Assembly (NCBI GenBank): GCA_022616275.1
Contig: JAKEFB010000305.1
Coordinates: 1-45,552 of the forward strand
Reading direction: 5' to 3'
DNA: 45,552 nt
Origin: Chloroflexota bacterium
Lineage (GTDB): Bacteria > Chloroflexota > Anaerolineae > Promineifilales > Promineifilaceae
In this document: positions 9,298-19,831 of the stretch, piece after piece
Layout: every line of letters begins with the position of its first letter
How positions within the stretch are numbered: position 1 is the first letter of the stretch
The notes under the pieces: model-generated
The model's input: the letters and a program-made list of their open reading frames with translations, nothing else
What the model was told of the DNA's origin: nothing
The model's database searches: none
Translations under genes and position numbers: made by a program

Positions 9298-9903
9298 ATG
9301 GGAATGATGGGAGAGGCAGATAGTAACAGGTGTTTGATCGTCGGGCTGGGCAACCCGGGGCGGACGCACCGGGCCAACCGGCACAATATCGGCTTTATGG
9401 TCGTGGATGCGCTGGCCGAAAAGCACGGCATTGCCGTCGGCCGGGTCCAGCACAAGGCCCTCATCGGCGACGGCCGCATCGCTGGCCGGCCGGTGATCCT
9501 GGCCAAGCCCCAGACGTTCATGAACCTCAGCGGCGAGGCGGTGGGGCCGCTGGCCAACTACTACAAGGTCCCCCTGGCCAACCTGCTGGTAATTTACGAC
9601 GAGATAGATTTGCCTTTCGGTGCGCTCCGGCTGCGCGAAAAGGGCAGCTCCGGCGGCCACAACGGCATGCGCTCCATCATCAACCGCCTGGGACAGGATT
9701 TCCCCCGCCTGCGCCTGGGGATCGGCCGCCCGCCCGGCCGGATGCCGCCGGCCGCTTACGTGCTGCAAGATTTTGCCAAGGAGGAGTTGCCCCTGGCTGG
9801 CGAACTGATAGACCAGGCCATCCAGGCCATAGAGACGTTTCTGGTTGAAGGGATTGACCGGGCCATGACCCGCCACAACCGCCAACCGGTAGCCAACGAC
9901 TGA
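9298..9903 (+). CDS. pth: Peptidyl-tRNA hydrolase
   Basis: …CLIVGLGNPG…HNIGFMVVD…PQTFMNLSGEAV… conserved Pth motifs; start chosen at ATG 9298 within ORF 9172..9903 (upstream part overlaps previous gene). Confidence 0.9.
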   Translation: MGMMGEADSNRCLIVGLGNPGRTHRANRHNIGFMVVDALAEKHGIAVGRVQHKALIGDGRIAGRPVILAKPQTFMNLSGEAVGPLANYYKVPLANLLVIYDEIDLPFGALRLREKGSSGGHNGMRSIINRLGQDFPRLRLGIGRPPGRMPPAAYVLQDFAKEELPLAGELIDQAIQAIETFLVEGIDRAMTRHNRQPVAND

Positions 9904-9949
9904 CTCCGAGGTGCCAGGCACTTTGAAAGTGCCTGGCGCCTGACCAACG

Positions 9950-12900
9950 ATGAATATATCCGGCCTGCTCGACATCTTTGACCAGTTGCCGGCTTACCAG
10001 GCCTTCCAGGCTGCGGTAACCGGCGATTCATCGCTGCCACCACTGGGGCTGCCCCGCAGCGCCCGGCCGCCGCTGCTGGCCCGCCTTTTTGCCGATAGCC
10101 GGCGCACCATCCTCTTTGTCACCAGCCGGGTAGACGCCGTGCCCCTCTGGCAGCAGGCCTTAGAAGCTTGGCTGCCGGCCGGCTACCCGGTCACGCGCCT
10201 GCCCGAGCCGACGCCGCTGCCCTACGAGCGCGGTCCCTGGAGCGACCGCGTCCGCCACGGCCGGCTCGCTGTCCTGGCCCGCTTGGCGGCCGGCGAGCAC
10301 CCCCTGCTGCCCGGGCATAGTGACCCCTTACTGGTCCTGACCTCAATACGGGCCTTATCCTACAAAACGCTACCTAAGCGCCGCTTTATGGCTATGACCC
10401 GTGTCCTCCGGGCCGGCCAGGTGATTGACCTGGAGAGGCTGATCGAAAGCTGGCTGGAAGCCGGTTACGAATCGGTCAGCGTGGTCGAGGCGCCAGGCCA
10501 GTTCAGCCGGCGCGGCGGCATCCTGGACATTTATCCGGCCGGCAGCACCTACCCGGTCCGGGTGGAACTCTTTGGTGACGAAATTGAGACACTACGCGCC
10601 TTTAACCCGGCCACCCAGCGCTCCATAGACGTAGCCAGCGGCAACCTGGACCACGTACTCATTCCGCCGGCCCGGGAAATGCTGCCGGAGGACGCCCGGC
10701 CGCTGGGCCAGCGTTTGCAAACGGTCGTCTCTAAACGGGAAAGCGATCTGCCGTCCTGGGAAGACGACGTTCCCGGCCTGGCCCTGGGGGCGCTGTCGCC
10801 TAACCTGGAGTATTACCTGCCCCTGGCCTATTCCCATCCCGCCGGCCTGCTCGACTACCTGCCGGCCGGGGCCCTGGTGGTTTTTGACGATCTGGCCGAA
10901 GTGGCCGAAGCGGCCGACGAGCTACAAGCCCACGCCAGCCAGTTAGCCAACGAGCAGCCCGGCCTGCCGCCGGGCTACCCCAATCCTCTCTTCACCTGGG
11001 ACGAGTTGTCCGACCGGCTGGCCGGCCGGGCCTGCCTGGTGCTGGGCGAGGGAGTGGAAACAGAGAGCGCCCATCCTTCGGCGCTGGCCGAGGCCTTCCA
11101 GCCTGGGCCGCGTTATGGTGGCCAGGTCCGGCCGTTCTTGTTGCAATTGCGCTATGCCCAACGGGAGAAGGAGCGCACCGTCGTCGTCAGCCGGCAGGCC
11201 CACCGCCTGGCCGACCTGTGGCGAGAAGAAAGTGGCGCCGCGCTCGCTCTATCAAAGAACGGATCCACGCCAATCGAGCAGGTGGACCGCCTGCCGCCGG
11301 AAGGGACCCTCACCTTTGTCCAGGGCAGCCTGGCCGAGGGCTTCGCCCTGGAGCGGCGGGTGGAGGTTTCCCCGTATCGCGGCCCGGAGCGGGACAGGAT
11401 TTTGCTTAACCTGCTGACCGACGCCGAAATCTTTGGCTGGAGCCGGCCGGCGCCGCGCCGCCGCACCACGCCCCGCCCCTTGGCCCCGGAAGCGTACTAC
11501 GCCGACATCAACTCGGGCGATTACGTCGTCCACCTGGAGTTCGGCATCGGCCGCTTCGTGGGCCTGGTGGTGCGCAACATTGGCGGCATGGACCGGGAAT
11601 ACCTCCAGGTCCGCTATGCCAACAGTGACGTGCTCTACGTGCCTGTCCACCAGGCCGACCGCCTGAGCAAGTGGATCGGCCCTGACGACCGGCCGCCGGA
11701 CATTCACCGCCTGGGAGAAAAGACCTGGCGCCGGACCAAGGCCAAAGCTCAGGAAGCGGTGGACGAGCTGGCCGACGAGCTGCTGGAGTTGTATGCCGCC
11801 CGGGAAACGATTCCCGGCCACGCTTTTGCCCCGGATGGCGAATGGCAGGCCGAATTGGAGGCCAGCTTCCCCTACCAGGAAACGGAAGACCAGTTGCGGG
11901 CCATTGGCGAGGTCAAAGCCGACATGGAGCGGCCGTACCCCATGGACCGGCTGGTCTGTGGCGACGTGGGCTATGGCAAGACGGAGGTCGCCCTGCGGGC
12001 AGCCTTTAAGGCAGTCATGGACAATAAGCAGGTGGCCATCCTGGTGCCGACCACCGTGCTGGCCCAGCAACACGTCAACACCTTCCGGGAGCGATTGAAA
12101 ACATTCCCCGTTACCGTCGAAATGTTGTCCCGCTTCCGCACCCCAGCCCAACAGGAGCAAATAATCAAGAAGCTGCGCGAGGGTAAAATTGACATCGTCA
12201 TTGGCACCCACCGGCTGCTCTCTGACGACGTGTCGTTCAAGGACCTGGGGCTGTTGATCATTGACGAGGAACAACGCTTTGGCGTAGCCCACAAGGAAAC
12301 GCTCAAGCAATTGCGCACCGAGGTGGACGTGTTGACCATGACGGCCACGCCCATCCCGCGCACCCTCTACCTGAGCCTGGCCGGCGTGCGCGACGTCAGC
12401 ATCATTGACACGCCCCCGGCCGACCGGCTGCCGGTACAGACCTACGTCGGCGAGACCGAAGACACGCTTATCCGGCGGGCCATCCTGCGGGAGCTGGACC
12501 GGGGCGGCCAGGTCTTTTACGTCCACAATCGCGTCCAGACCATTAACAACGTCTATGCTAAACTCACTCACCTGGCGCCGGAAGCCGTCATTGCCATTGG
12601 CCACGGCCAGATGAACGAGCGCGACCTGGAAGAGGTGATGGTCCGCTTTGTAGAGGGGGAGATTGACGTGCTGTTGAGCACCACGATTATTGAAAGCGGG
12701 CTGGACATTCCCAACGCCAACACCCTGGTCGTGGACCGGGCCGACCAGTTTGGCCTGGCCCAACTGTACCAGTTGCGCGGCCGGGTCGGCCGGGGGGTGC
12801 GCCGGGCTTACGCCTATTTCCTGCATTCCCCCTGGAAGCGGCTGAACGCCGACGCCCAGGCTCGCCTGGAGATCATCGCTTCCCAGACCGAGCTGGGAGC

Positions 12901-13534
12901 CGGTTACACCATCGCCATGCGCGACCTGGAAATTCGCGGGGCAGGTGACCTGTTGGGAATGCGGCAGAGCGGCCACATTGCCGCCGTGGGCTTTGACCTC
13001 TATACCCGGCTGCTGGCCCAGGCGGTGAAGCAGCGCAAGGCGGCCCACAACGGCGAAAAGGTGGCCGTGGAAATACCCGAAGGGGTGCTGATTGACCTGC
13101 CGCTGGCGGCCTACATTCCCACCGATTACGTGCCTGACCCCTCGTTGCGCCTGCGCCTCTACCGGCGGATGGCGGTGCTGGACTCGATGGAGGCCATTGA
13201 CGAAATGGCCGCCGAGCTGGCCGACCGCTTTGGGCCAATCCCCGATCCGGCCGATAATTTGCTACTCCAGTTACGCATTAAGGTCCTGGCTATGGCGGCC
13301 AACGTGGCCGCCGTGACCACCGAGGTCGGCCAGATTCAGATTCGCCTGCCGGACCAGGAGAATATCAACCGCTTCCGCCTGCAACGTTTCCTCGGCGAGT
13401 CCGTGCGCGTCAGCCGCAAAGCCATCTGGATGGCCCGGGGAATGGCCACCTACGAGTGGCAGATAGCCCTGGTGCAGGTATTGGAGAAGCTGCAAAACTT
13501 TGAGCGCCAGGAAACGGCCGAACCCATCGTGTAG
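9950..13534 (+). CDS. mfd: Transcription-repair coupling factor
   Basis: 1194 aa; UvrB-homology N-terminus, CarD/TRCF domain, DEEQRFGV helicase motifs, TRCF C-terminal domain; classic pth–mfd adjacency. Confidence 0.95.
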   Translation: MNISGLLDIFDQLPAYQAFQAAVTGDSSLPPLGLPRSARPPLLARLFADSRRTILFVTSRVDAVPLWQQALEAWLPAGYPVTRLPEPTPLPYERGPWSDRVRHGRLAVLARLAAGEHPLLPGHSDPLLVLTSIRALSYKTLPKRRFMAMTRVLRAGQVIDLERLIESWLEAGYESVSVVEAPGQFSRRGGILDIYPAGSTYPVRVELFGDEIETLRAFNPATQRSIDVASGNLDHVLIPPAREMLPEDARPLGQRLQTVVSKRESDLPSWEDDVPGLALGALSPNLEYYLPLAYSHPAGLLDYLPAGALVVFDDLAEVAEAADELQAHASQLANEQPGLPPGYPNPLFTWDELSDRLAGRACLVLGEGVETESAHPSALAEAFQPGPRYGGQVRPFLLQLRYAQREKERTVVVSRQAHRLADLWREESGAALALSKNGSTPIEQVDRLPPEGTLTFVQGSLAEGFALERRVEVSPYRGPERDRILLNLLTDAEIFGWSRPAPRRRTTPRPLAPEAYYADINSGDYVVHLEFGIGRFVGLVVRNIGGMDREYLQVRYANSDVLYVPVHQADRLSKWIGPDDRPPDIHRLGEKTWRRTKAKAQEAVDELADELLELYAARETIPGHAFAPDGEWQAELEASFPYQETEDQLRAIGEVKADMERPYPMDRLVCGDVGYGKTEVALRAAFKAVMDNKQVAILVPTTVLAQQHVNTFRERLKTFPVTVEMLSRFRTPAQQEQIIKKLREGKIDIVIGTHRLLSDDVSFKDLGLLIIDEEQRFGVAHKETLKQLRTEVDVLTMTATPIPRTLYLSLAGVRDVSIIDTPPADRLPVQTYVGETEDTLIRRAILRELDRGGQVFYVHNRVQTINNVYAKLTHLAPEAVIAIGHGQMNERDLEEVMVRFVEGEIDVLLSTTIIESGLDIPNANTLVVDRADQFGLAQLYQLRGRVGRGVRRAYAYFLHSPWKRLNADAQARLEIIASQTELGAGYTIAMRDLEIRGAGDLLGMRQSGHIAAVGFDLYTRLLAQAVKQRKAAHNGEKVAVEIPEGVLIDLPLAAYIPTDYVPDPSLRLRLYRRMAVLDSMEAIDEMAAELADRFGPIPDPADNLLLQLRIKVLAMAANVAAVTTEVGQIQIRLPDQENINRFRLQRFLGESVRVSRKAIWMARGMATYEWQIALVQVLEKLQNFERQETAEPIV

Positions 13535-13699
13535 GGGCACGGCGCGCCATGCCCCTACGATGCATCGTGCCCCTACCTGGGTACGTGGATATAATACCAA
13601 CAGTTGCGTTGCGCCCTTCCGTGCCGGTTGGCGGCTGAGTGGCCTGCGACCCCTTTTTCCGGTTTTGTACGACTAATGTGGCAGCAAAAGATAAAGTCA

Positions 13700-14263
13700 A
13701 TGGCGGACCCTAAAGTCCCGAGCGATGAAGAGTTGATCCGCATGGTCCAGGAAGGGCGGATGGAGGCTTTTACCAACCTTTACCAACGCTATCTGCCGTC
13801 GGTTTACAACCGGGTACGTTACCGCATTCCAGATACGGATGTAGAGGACGTTACCCAGGAGATATTCATCAGCGCCTTGAAGTCGTTACAGGGTTTTCGC
13901 GGCCGGGCCCAATTCAGCACCTGGCTGCGAACGTTAACCGACCGGCGGGTGGCCGATTATTACCGTAACAGGAACCCGGCCGAAACTTCACTGGAGGAGC
14001 CTTCTGGCGAGTTCTCCACTGGCCAGACGGCCGGTCTGAACCTGGCCAGTAAACCGGCCGGCGCTGATGAGCGGGTCTTACTGCGCGAGGCACTCCAGGC
14101 TCTACCAGAGCATTATCAGGAAATTCTTCTACTCAGGTTCGCCGAAGGAATGAAGTTCAAGGATATTGCCCGCCTTCAGGGCCACTCCCTGGAGGCGACA
14201 AAATCTATGTTCCGGCGTGCTGTGGAAGCGCTCCGCACTGAGATTGGAGAATTTGATGCCTGA
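13700..14263 (+). CDS. RNA polymerase ECF-type sigma-70 factor
   Basis: sigma-70 region 2 (…VEDVTQEIFISALKSL…) and region 4 (…EILLLRFAEGMKFKDIARLQGHSLEATKSMFRRAVEALR); start at ATG 13700 inside ORF 13604..14263 (alt 13676). Confidence 0.88.
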   Translation: MADPKVPSDEELIRMVQEGRMEAFTNLYQRYLPSVYNRVRYRIPDTDVEDVTQEIFISALKSLQGFRGRAQFSTWLRTLTDRRVADYYRNRNPAETSLEEPSGEFSTGQTAGLNLASKPAGADERVLLREALQALPEHYQEILLLRFAEGMKFKDIARLQGHSLEATKSMFRRAVEALRTEIGEFDA

Positions 14264-16292
14264 CCCCATCGTTCCCGATTCCCCAGAATTCGATGATGAA
14301 CTGGCCGAATTCACCGATCGCTTGCTAGGCGGTGAGTTCGATAAAACGCCGGAGCTGGCCGAAACGCCCGAATTGCGCCGGTTGCAGGAGACGGTGCTAC
14401 GGATGCAGCGCGCCTTTGGCCAGGAGCAGCCTGACCTGGCTATGGCCCGGCGTGTGGAGAGCCGGCTGAAGCGGGAGTGGCCGAGAAGTGGCCTGGACCG
14501 GCCGAAACAATCGGCCTGGGCCCGTTGGTGGCAGGCGTTGACCGGTAGGGGGAGCTGGCAAGCGCCGCGCGCCCGGCGGCAAGCCCAGACCCGGGCTCTA
14601 GCCCTGGCCTTGCTGGTCTTGTTGCCGGTGGCCCTGGTTTTGCTGACCGGGACAGAGACCGGCCGGGAGTTGTTAAGTGGGGCTACTGTTCTGTTTGGTC
14701 TAGATCCAGATCCCTTGTTTGGCCAAAATGAGCGAATCAGCCTGACCTCCACCGGCCTGGAGGTCCAAAACGATAGCTGGGCGGCCTCGCTATCGGCCGA
14801 CGGCCGCACCATCGTCTTCCAGTCGGCCGCCAGCGACCTGGTCCCCAACGACGGCAACAACGCCTGGGACATTTTTATTCGTGACCGTTACGGGGCCACC
14901 ACTACCCGGTTGAGCCTGGGCGGCCAGGAGGCCAACGGCAACAGCCTGAACCCGGCCATCTCAGCCGGCGGCCGGTACGTGGCTTACGAATCTATGGCCA
15001 CCAACCTGGTTGGCGACGACGGCAACAACGTCCGGGATATTTTTGTCTACGACCGCCACACCGGCCTCACCCAGCGGGTCAGCCGGCACAGCAGCGGCCA
15101 GGAGAGCAACGGCGACAGCCGGGCGCCCGCCATTTCGGCCGACGGCCGCTGGGTCGTCTTCTACTCCGAGGCCAGCAACCTGGTAGACGGCGATGCCAAC
15201 AACCTCGGCGACGTCTTCCTCCACGACCGGCAAACCGGGCTGACGCAGCGCCTGAGCCTGGGGCTGGGCGGCCAGGAAGCGGACGGCGAAAGCCGCAACC
15301 CGGCCATCTCGGCCGACGGCCAGGTGGTTGTCTTTGAGTCAATGGCTGGCAACCTGGTCAACGGCGACGGCAACGGCAAGAGCGACATCTTTGCTTACGA
15401 GGTCCAGACCGGAGCCATCGGTCTGGTCAGCGTCGGCCAGGGTGGGCAGCCGGCCGATGGCGACAGCTTCAGCCCGGCCGTCTCGGCCGACGGCAGTCTG
15501 GTGGCCTTCCATTCCATGGCCGCCAACCTGGTAGCCGGCGATGATAACGAGGAGGCCGACGTCTTCGTCTACGACCGGGTCGGCGGCGTCATGGAGCGGG
15601 TCAGCGTCAACTCCAGTGAAGGCCAGGCCGACGACAGCAGCGGCTACGCCGCTATTTCGGCCGATGGCCGCATGGTGGCCTTCTCCTCTTTTGCCCGCAA
15701 TCTGCATCCCAACGACCAGCCCGGCGATAGAATGGACGTGTTTGTCCGCGACCGCCTGGCCGGAGAAACAGAGCTGGCCAGCGCCGACCTGACCAGCCAG
15801 GAGCCCGATGGGGCCAGCGTCAACGCCGCTCTGTCGGCCGACGGCCGCTTCGTGGTTTTTGACTCCACTGCCGGCGACCTGGTGGCCGGCGATACCAACG
15901 GCCGGGTGGACGTCTTTGTCCGCGACCGCCACCCCGCGCTTGTGCTCACCGCCAGCTACCCCGACGGCGCGCCGGGCAGCTACTTCACCATCACCGGGAC
16001 ACACCTCCTGCGAGAGATGGCCGCTACCATTTCTGTCAACGGCGTGGTCCTGGGCACGGTAGAGGGTAACGATGAACACCAGGTGGTCTTTAGACTGGAG
16101 ACGGCCGGGGCCACCCCGGGCGTTTACCTGCTGACGGCCGTGGCAGACGATGGTGGTCTGGCCGTTCTGCGAATTGTTCTCGACCCCAACGCCCCCAGCC
16201 GGCCGCAGCAGGGCAACCCGGACTTCACCATCCCGGCCGGGACGGTGGCCTACACCAACGCCACTTATTTACCCATCCTGCGACGAGACTGA
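14257..16292 (+). CDS. Anti-sigma factor with single TM helix and extracytoplasmic WD40-like (PD40/TolB-type) beta-propeller repeats
   Basis: ATG 14257 overlaps sigma stop (ATGCCTGA); N-terminal anti-sigma-like region, TM (ALALALLVLLPVALVLL), then ~8 repeats of …ISADGR.VVF.S.A.NLV..D.N…D.F..D…. Confidence 0.75.
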
Positions 16293-16346
16293 GTCATCGC
16301 TCCTGCTCCCGGCCGCACCGGACGCCCTGTCAGGGAGCTTCATGAA

Positions 16347-17459
16347 ATGGACGAGCTTATCACCCTGTTTATGTGCGGTGACGTCATGACGGGCAGAGGT
16401 ATCGATCAAGTATTACCTCATCCAGGCGATCCCCAACTCCACGAACCGTACGTCAAAAATGCCAAAGGATATGTAGAGCTTGCCGAAAGAGCCAACGGCC
16501 GGATTCCCCAGCCCGTTGATTTTGCTTACATGTGGGGAGACGCCCTCGACGAACTGGAACGCGTGGCGCCTGACGTACGGCTGATCAATTTAGAGACGAG
16601 CATAACCAGGAGTGACGGCTATTGGCCGGGCAAGCGCATCCATTACCGGATGAACCCGGAGAACATTGCCTGTCTCACAGCAGCGAAGCTAGATTGTTGC
16701 GCCCTGGCCAACAATCACGTTCTGGACTGGGGTTACGCCGGCCTGGCGGAAACGCTGGAAACGTTGCAGCCAGCCAATATCAGCATTGCCGGTGCGGGCG
16801 CGAATTTAGCAGAAGCGGAAGCGCCGGCCGTGCTGGCCATTGAAGGGCGAGGCAGAGTCATTGTGTTCTCCTTTGCATCCCACTCCAGTGGCGTTCCCTA
16901 CAGTTGGGCGGCGCTGCCGGACAAGCCTGGCGTGAACCTGTTAAGCGGCTGGTCAGATAAGACCGTCCGGCATATCAAAGACAGGGTTGAGGCAGTCAAG
17001 CAACCAGGAGATGTCGTCGTTGTTTCGATTCATTGGGGCGGTAATTGGGGGTACGACATCCCTCAGGCGCAACGAGAATTCGCTCATAAACTGATCCGTC
17101 GGGCTAACGTTGACGTCATTCACGGGCACTCCTCCCACCACGTCAAAGGAATCGAAGTGTATAAAGACCGGCCGATTATCTACGGTTGTGGCGATTTTTT
17201 AACCGACTATGAGGGGATCAAGGGCTACGAGGCCTATCGCGATGATCTGGGTTTGATGTACTTTGTCAGCGTCGAGCCACTGACCGGGAAGCTCGGCCGT
17301 TTGCAGATGACACCGACACGGATTAAGCGCTTCAAAGTCAACCGGGCCTCAACGCCAGAAGCGTTGTGGCTAAGAGATGTTTTAAATAGAGAGGGCCAGA
17401 AGCTGGGAACACAGGTGGAGATGGGTAAAGATTTGACCTTAAGCCTACAATGGGATTGA
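16347..17459 (+). CDS. CapA family protein (poly-gamma-glutamate capsule synthesis / metallophosphatase-like)
   Basis: 370 aa; MCGDVMTGRGIDQ…LINLETSIT…ANNHVLDWGYAGL…SIHWGGNWGYD… typical PGA_cap; GC visibly lower than flanks. Confidence 0.85.
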   Translation: MDELITLFMCGDVMTGRGIDQVLPHPGDPQLHEPYVKNAKGYVELAERANGRIPQPVDFAYMWGDALDELERVAPDVRLINLETSITRSDGYWPGKRIHYRMNPENIACLTAAKLDCCALANNHVLDWGYAGLAETLETLQPANISIAGAGANLAEAEAPAVLAIEGRGRVIVFSFASHSSGVPYSWAALPDKPGVNLLSGWSDKTVRHIKDRVEAVKQPGDVVVVSIHWGGNWGYDIPQAQREFAHKLIRRANVDVIHGHSSHHVKGIEVYKDRPIIYGCGDFLTDYEGIKGYEAYRDDLGLMYFVSVEPLTGKLGRLQMTPTRIKRFKVNRASTPEALWLRDVLNREGQKLGTQVEMGKDLTLSLQWD

Positions 17460-17465
17460 TTTCGT

Positions 17466-17600
17466 GGAGCGAGAGCTAGAGCGAGAGGGAGAGAGGGAGA
17501 CAAGGGGAGGGAAGAGGGAGAGGAGAGGGAGAGATGGAGTTAGAGTGAAGGGTAAGGGGGAGGTGAGCAGGTGATCAGGATGATAGGGGGTTTTTAGGAG
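17466..17600. repeat. ~130-nt polypurine (GA-rich) low-complexity tract
   Basis: gagcgagagctagagcgagagggagagagggagacaaggggagggaagagggagaggagagggagagatggag… immediately 3' of CapA gene; followed by AT-rich segment. Confidence 0.8.
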
Positions 17601-17837
17601 GGTGTTACCTGCTGTGGGGTGGGCAAGATGCTCAAGATGCGCAAGGAGATCATTATTATAATAAAACTTATTTGGGGATATTGGTCTTGCTTGAGCTTAG
17701 AAAACCCCCGTATGACGCTTTTGAAGCCAGGTTTACAGCTCAAGTCGCCATATGTGGCGGTGGATATGACCGGGGTACTATATGGTTGTATAGTTGTGTG
17801 GGGTGTAGGTGGTGGGGGTTGGGAGGGAGAGTGATCA

Positions 17838-17867
17838 TTGACCGGAACTGGAGCGATACCCTATAAT
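17838..17867 (+). promoter_or_regulatory. Near-consensus sigma70-type promoter (TTGACC–18 nt–TATAAT) upstream of gene 17956..18768
   Basis: TTGACC at 17838-17843, TATAAT at 17862-17867; GGGAGGTGG RBS at 17944-17952 before ATG 17956. Confidence 0.55.
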
Positions 17868-17955
17868 GCAAGTAGGGGTGGCTGACTACCCACAACAGTT
17901 ATTAGAGCCGCCGGTTAACGTGGTTCCTTGAGTCTCCAGTTTGGGAGGTGGTCAA

Positions 17956-18768
17956 ATGATCTATTCGCCGCCGGTGAACCAGCCTACGATCAGGGCCAAA
18001 CGGCCGTCTTTGTTGATCCTCCTGGCGCTGCTGTGCCTGTTACTCCTTCCTGCTACTACCGGCCGGCGCGGCAGCGACGCCAGCCCAGGGAGCGGCGCGC
18101 CGGCCGCCAGCGCCCTCGGTCGCTTGCTCTTCTCTTTCATCCCCAACGCCGGGCAGAGCAACCCGGCCGTGCGCTTCCAGGCCCACAGCGCCGGCAGCGC
18201 GCTCTTCTTCACCCAGGACGAGGTTGTTCTCACGTGGCTGGCCCCGGCCGCTTTGGATTGGCATGGCCAACGAGCCGGGCTTGCAGAGCCGGCTACAGAA
18301 CTCCTGGATAGCTCGGCCTGGCTCAGCGGCGAGGCTTTAGGGCCTGGCCTGAGCAGACCCACTGCCAGCCCGCAGGTCAATGACCGGCCGGCCGGCGAGA
18401 CGACTACACTGCGCCTGCGCTTCCTGGGGGTGGATACGCAGGCGGCCGTCGAGGGTGAGGAGAAACTGCCCGGCGTGGCCAATATCCTGCGGGGCAACGA
18501 CCCCGGCCGCTGGCAAACGAAGCTGCCGACCTTTGCCGCGGTCAGCTACGTGGAGCCGTACGAGGGCGTTTCCTTGCGTTTCAGCGGCCGGCCGCGAGCA
18601 CTGGTTGCCCGGTTGACGGTGGCCCCGCAGGCCGACCTGGGCCAGGTGCGCTGGCGCTACGATGGGACGGCCGGGTTAGAGCTAGCGCATGGCGAGTTGT
18701 TGTTGACATTGCCCGGACCGACGGGCGCGCCGGTGACGGCCGTGCAGAGTGCCCCGCTGGCCGTATGA
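17956..18768 (+). CDS. Hypothetical secreted protein
   Basis: ORF 17941..18768; ATG 17956 with strong RBS; signal-peptide-like N-terminus (…RPSLLILLALLCLLLLPATTG); no family recognised. Confidence 0.6.
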   Translation: MIYSPPVNQPTIRAKRPSLLILLALLCLLLLPATTGRRGSDASPGSGAPAASALGRLLFSFIPNAGQSNPAVRFQAHSAGSALFFTQDEVVLTWLAPAALDWHGQRAGLAEPATELLDSSAWLSGEALGPGLSRPTASPQVNDRPAGETTTLRLRFLGVDTQAAVEGEEKLPGVANILRGNDPGRWQTKLPTFAAVSYVEPYEGVSLRFSGRPRALVARLTVAPQADLGQVRWRYDGTAGLELAHGELLLTLPGPTGAPVTAVQSAPLAV

Positions 18769-19025
18769 CCCTCTCACAAGAAGCTGCGCAAGCGTTGATC
18801 CACGCTACCGCCCAACCCCTCGCCCTCGGCCACGACCTGACAGAACGGGAGCGTGATGTCCTGACCTTGATGGTTGCTGGCTTGAACAACACCGAGATCG
18901 CCGAGAAGCTGGTCGTCAGCCCGTCTACCATCAAATCTCACGTCAGCAACATCCTGGCCAAGTTGGGTGTCGGCGGCCGCACGGAAGCTATAGTCCTGGC
19001 CGTACGCCGCGGTCTCATCACTTAA
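18765..19025 (+). CDS. Small LuxR/GerE-family HTH transcriptional regulator (HTH domain only)
   Basis: 86 aa; …LTERERDVLTLMVAGLNNTEIAEKLVVSPSTIKSHVSNILAKLGV… canonical LuxR-type HTH; ATG overlaps upstream stop (ATGA). Confidence 0.7.
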   Translation: MTLSQEAAQALIHATAQPLALGHDLTERERDVLTLMVAGLNNTEIAEKLVVSPSTIKSHVSNILAKLGVGGRTEAIVLAVRRGLIT

Positions 19026-19094
19026 TCTCCCACTCTCCAATCCCCAAACCATATATCCCCCAACTGGGGGAGATAAACATCCCCTGACCGGCTG

Positions 19095-19463
19095 ATGGTG
19101 GCGAGGCTTGTCCATGTTAGCATAAGTAATGAGAAGACCTACTGGATCGCTATCGGCGCAATTATTCTCACGGTGGTGCTCGGCTTTTCTCGGGGTGGTT
19201 GGGTTACGGGTGGTACTGCCAGCCAAATGGCTGAAGCATCCGCTCAAAGTGCCGTCGTCGCACGGTTGGCACCCATCTGCGTTGCCCAGTTTAATGCAGA
19301 TGCCCAACGGGCGGTGAGGCTTGAGGAATTGAAGGCAACCACTTCTTATCAACGCACTGCTTACGTGAAGGAACAGGGCTGGGCCACGATGCCTGGCGAG
19401 ACAACTCCCGACAACCGGGTTGCGGCCGAATGCACTAAGCAGCTCGTGCTCCTTACCGAGTAA
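19095..19463 (+). CDS. Hypothetical small membrane-anchored protein (island cargo)
   Basis: 122-aa ORF with one TM (YWIAIGAIILTVVLGF); lower GC than genome; start uncertain. Confidence 0.4.
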   Translation: MVARLVHVSISNEKTYWIAIGAIILTVVLGFSRGGWVTGGTASQMAEASAQSAVVARLAPICVAQFNADAQRAVRLEELKATTSYQRTAYVKEQGWATMPGETTPDNRVAAECTKQLVLLTE

Positions 19464-19479
19464 GCGCAAGGAATATCGT

Positions 19480-19677
19480 ATGGAGCCAGGGAATGAATTG
19501 AAGCAGCAAGCTACCCATACTCGCCGTACTTACAAAATCAAAGACGACTTCTTGCGCTGGTGGAGAGAGCAGGACGCTCTCAAAAAGAAGGCAGCAGAAG
19601 AACAGATCACTCAAGCCGACCGCGCCATCTCGCCGGTGGTGATGGTTTGGGCTGATGACGGCGGCCCGACGGCTTAG
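19480..19677 (+). CDS. Hypothetical small basic protein (island cargo)
   Basis: ATG 19480 preceded by AAGGAA RBS within ORF 19420..19677; 65 aa, MEPGNELKQQATHTRRTYKIKDDFLRWWREQD…. Confidence 0.4.
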   Translation: MEPGNELKQQATHTRRTYKIKDDFLRWWREQDALKKKAAEEQITQADRAISPVVMVWADDGGPTA

Positions 19678-19831
19678 TTCAACCGTTGGGTCGGCTTGAG
19701 CGCAAGTTAGGCTCCGATTTTCATTCCGTCGTATGCTTTGCGTACGACATATCCGGCACGGAGTCCGCTATGTCTATACAACGGCAACCATATTTGAATT
19801 TCCTATACACCCTACACGAGGAGAAATGGTC

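Noticed and set aside
11252-13048. 598-aa minus-strand ORF
   Set aside because: Antisense to mfd, which has unambiguous helicase and TRCF motifs.
13535-13600. Intrinsic terminator after mfd (GGGGCA…TGCCCC stem and ACGATGCATCGT palindrome)
   Set aside because: Stems are short and there is no U-tract. Not confident enough to annotate.
18765-19025. LuxR HTH as a truncated response-regulator pseudogene created by island insertion
   Set aside because: The missing receiver domain would be N-terminal (upstream), but the upstream gene is an unrelated secreted protein with an ATGA-coupled junction. Stand-alone GerE-like LuxR HTH proteins of this size exist, so an intact small regulator is more parsimonious.
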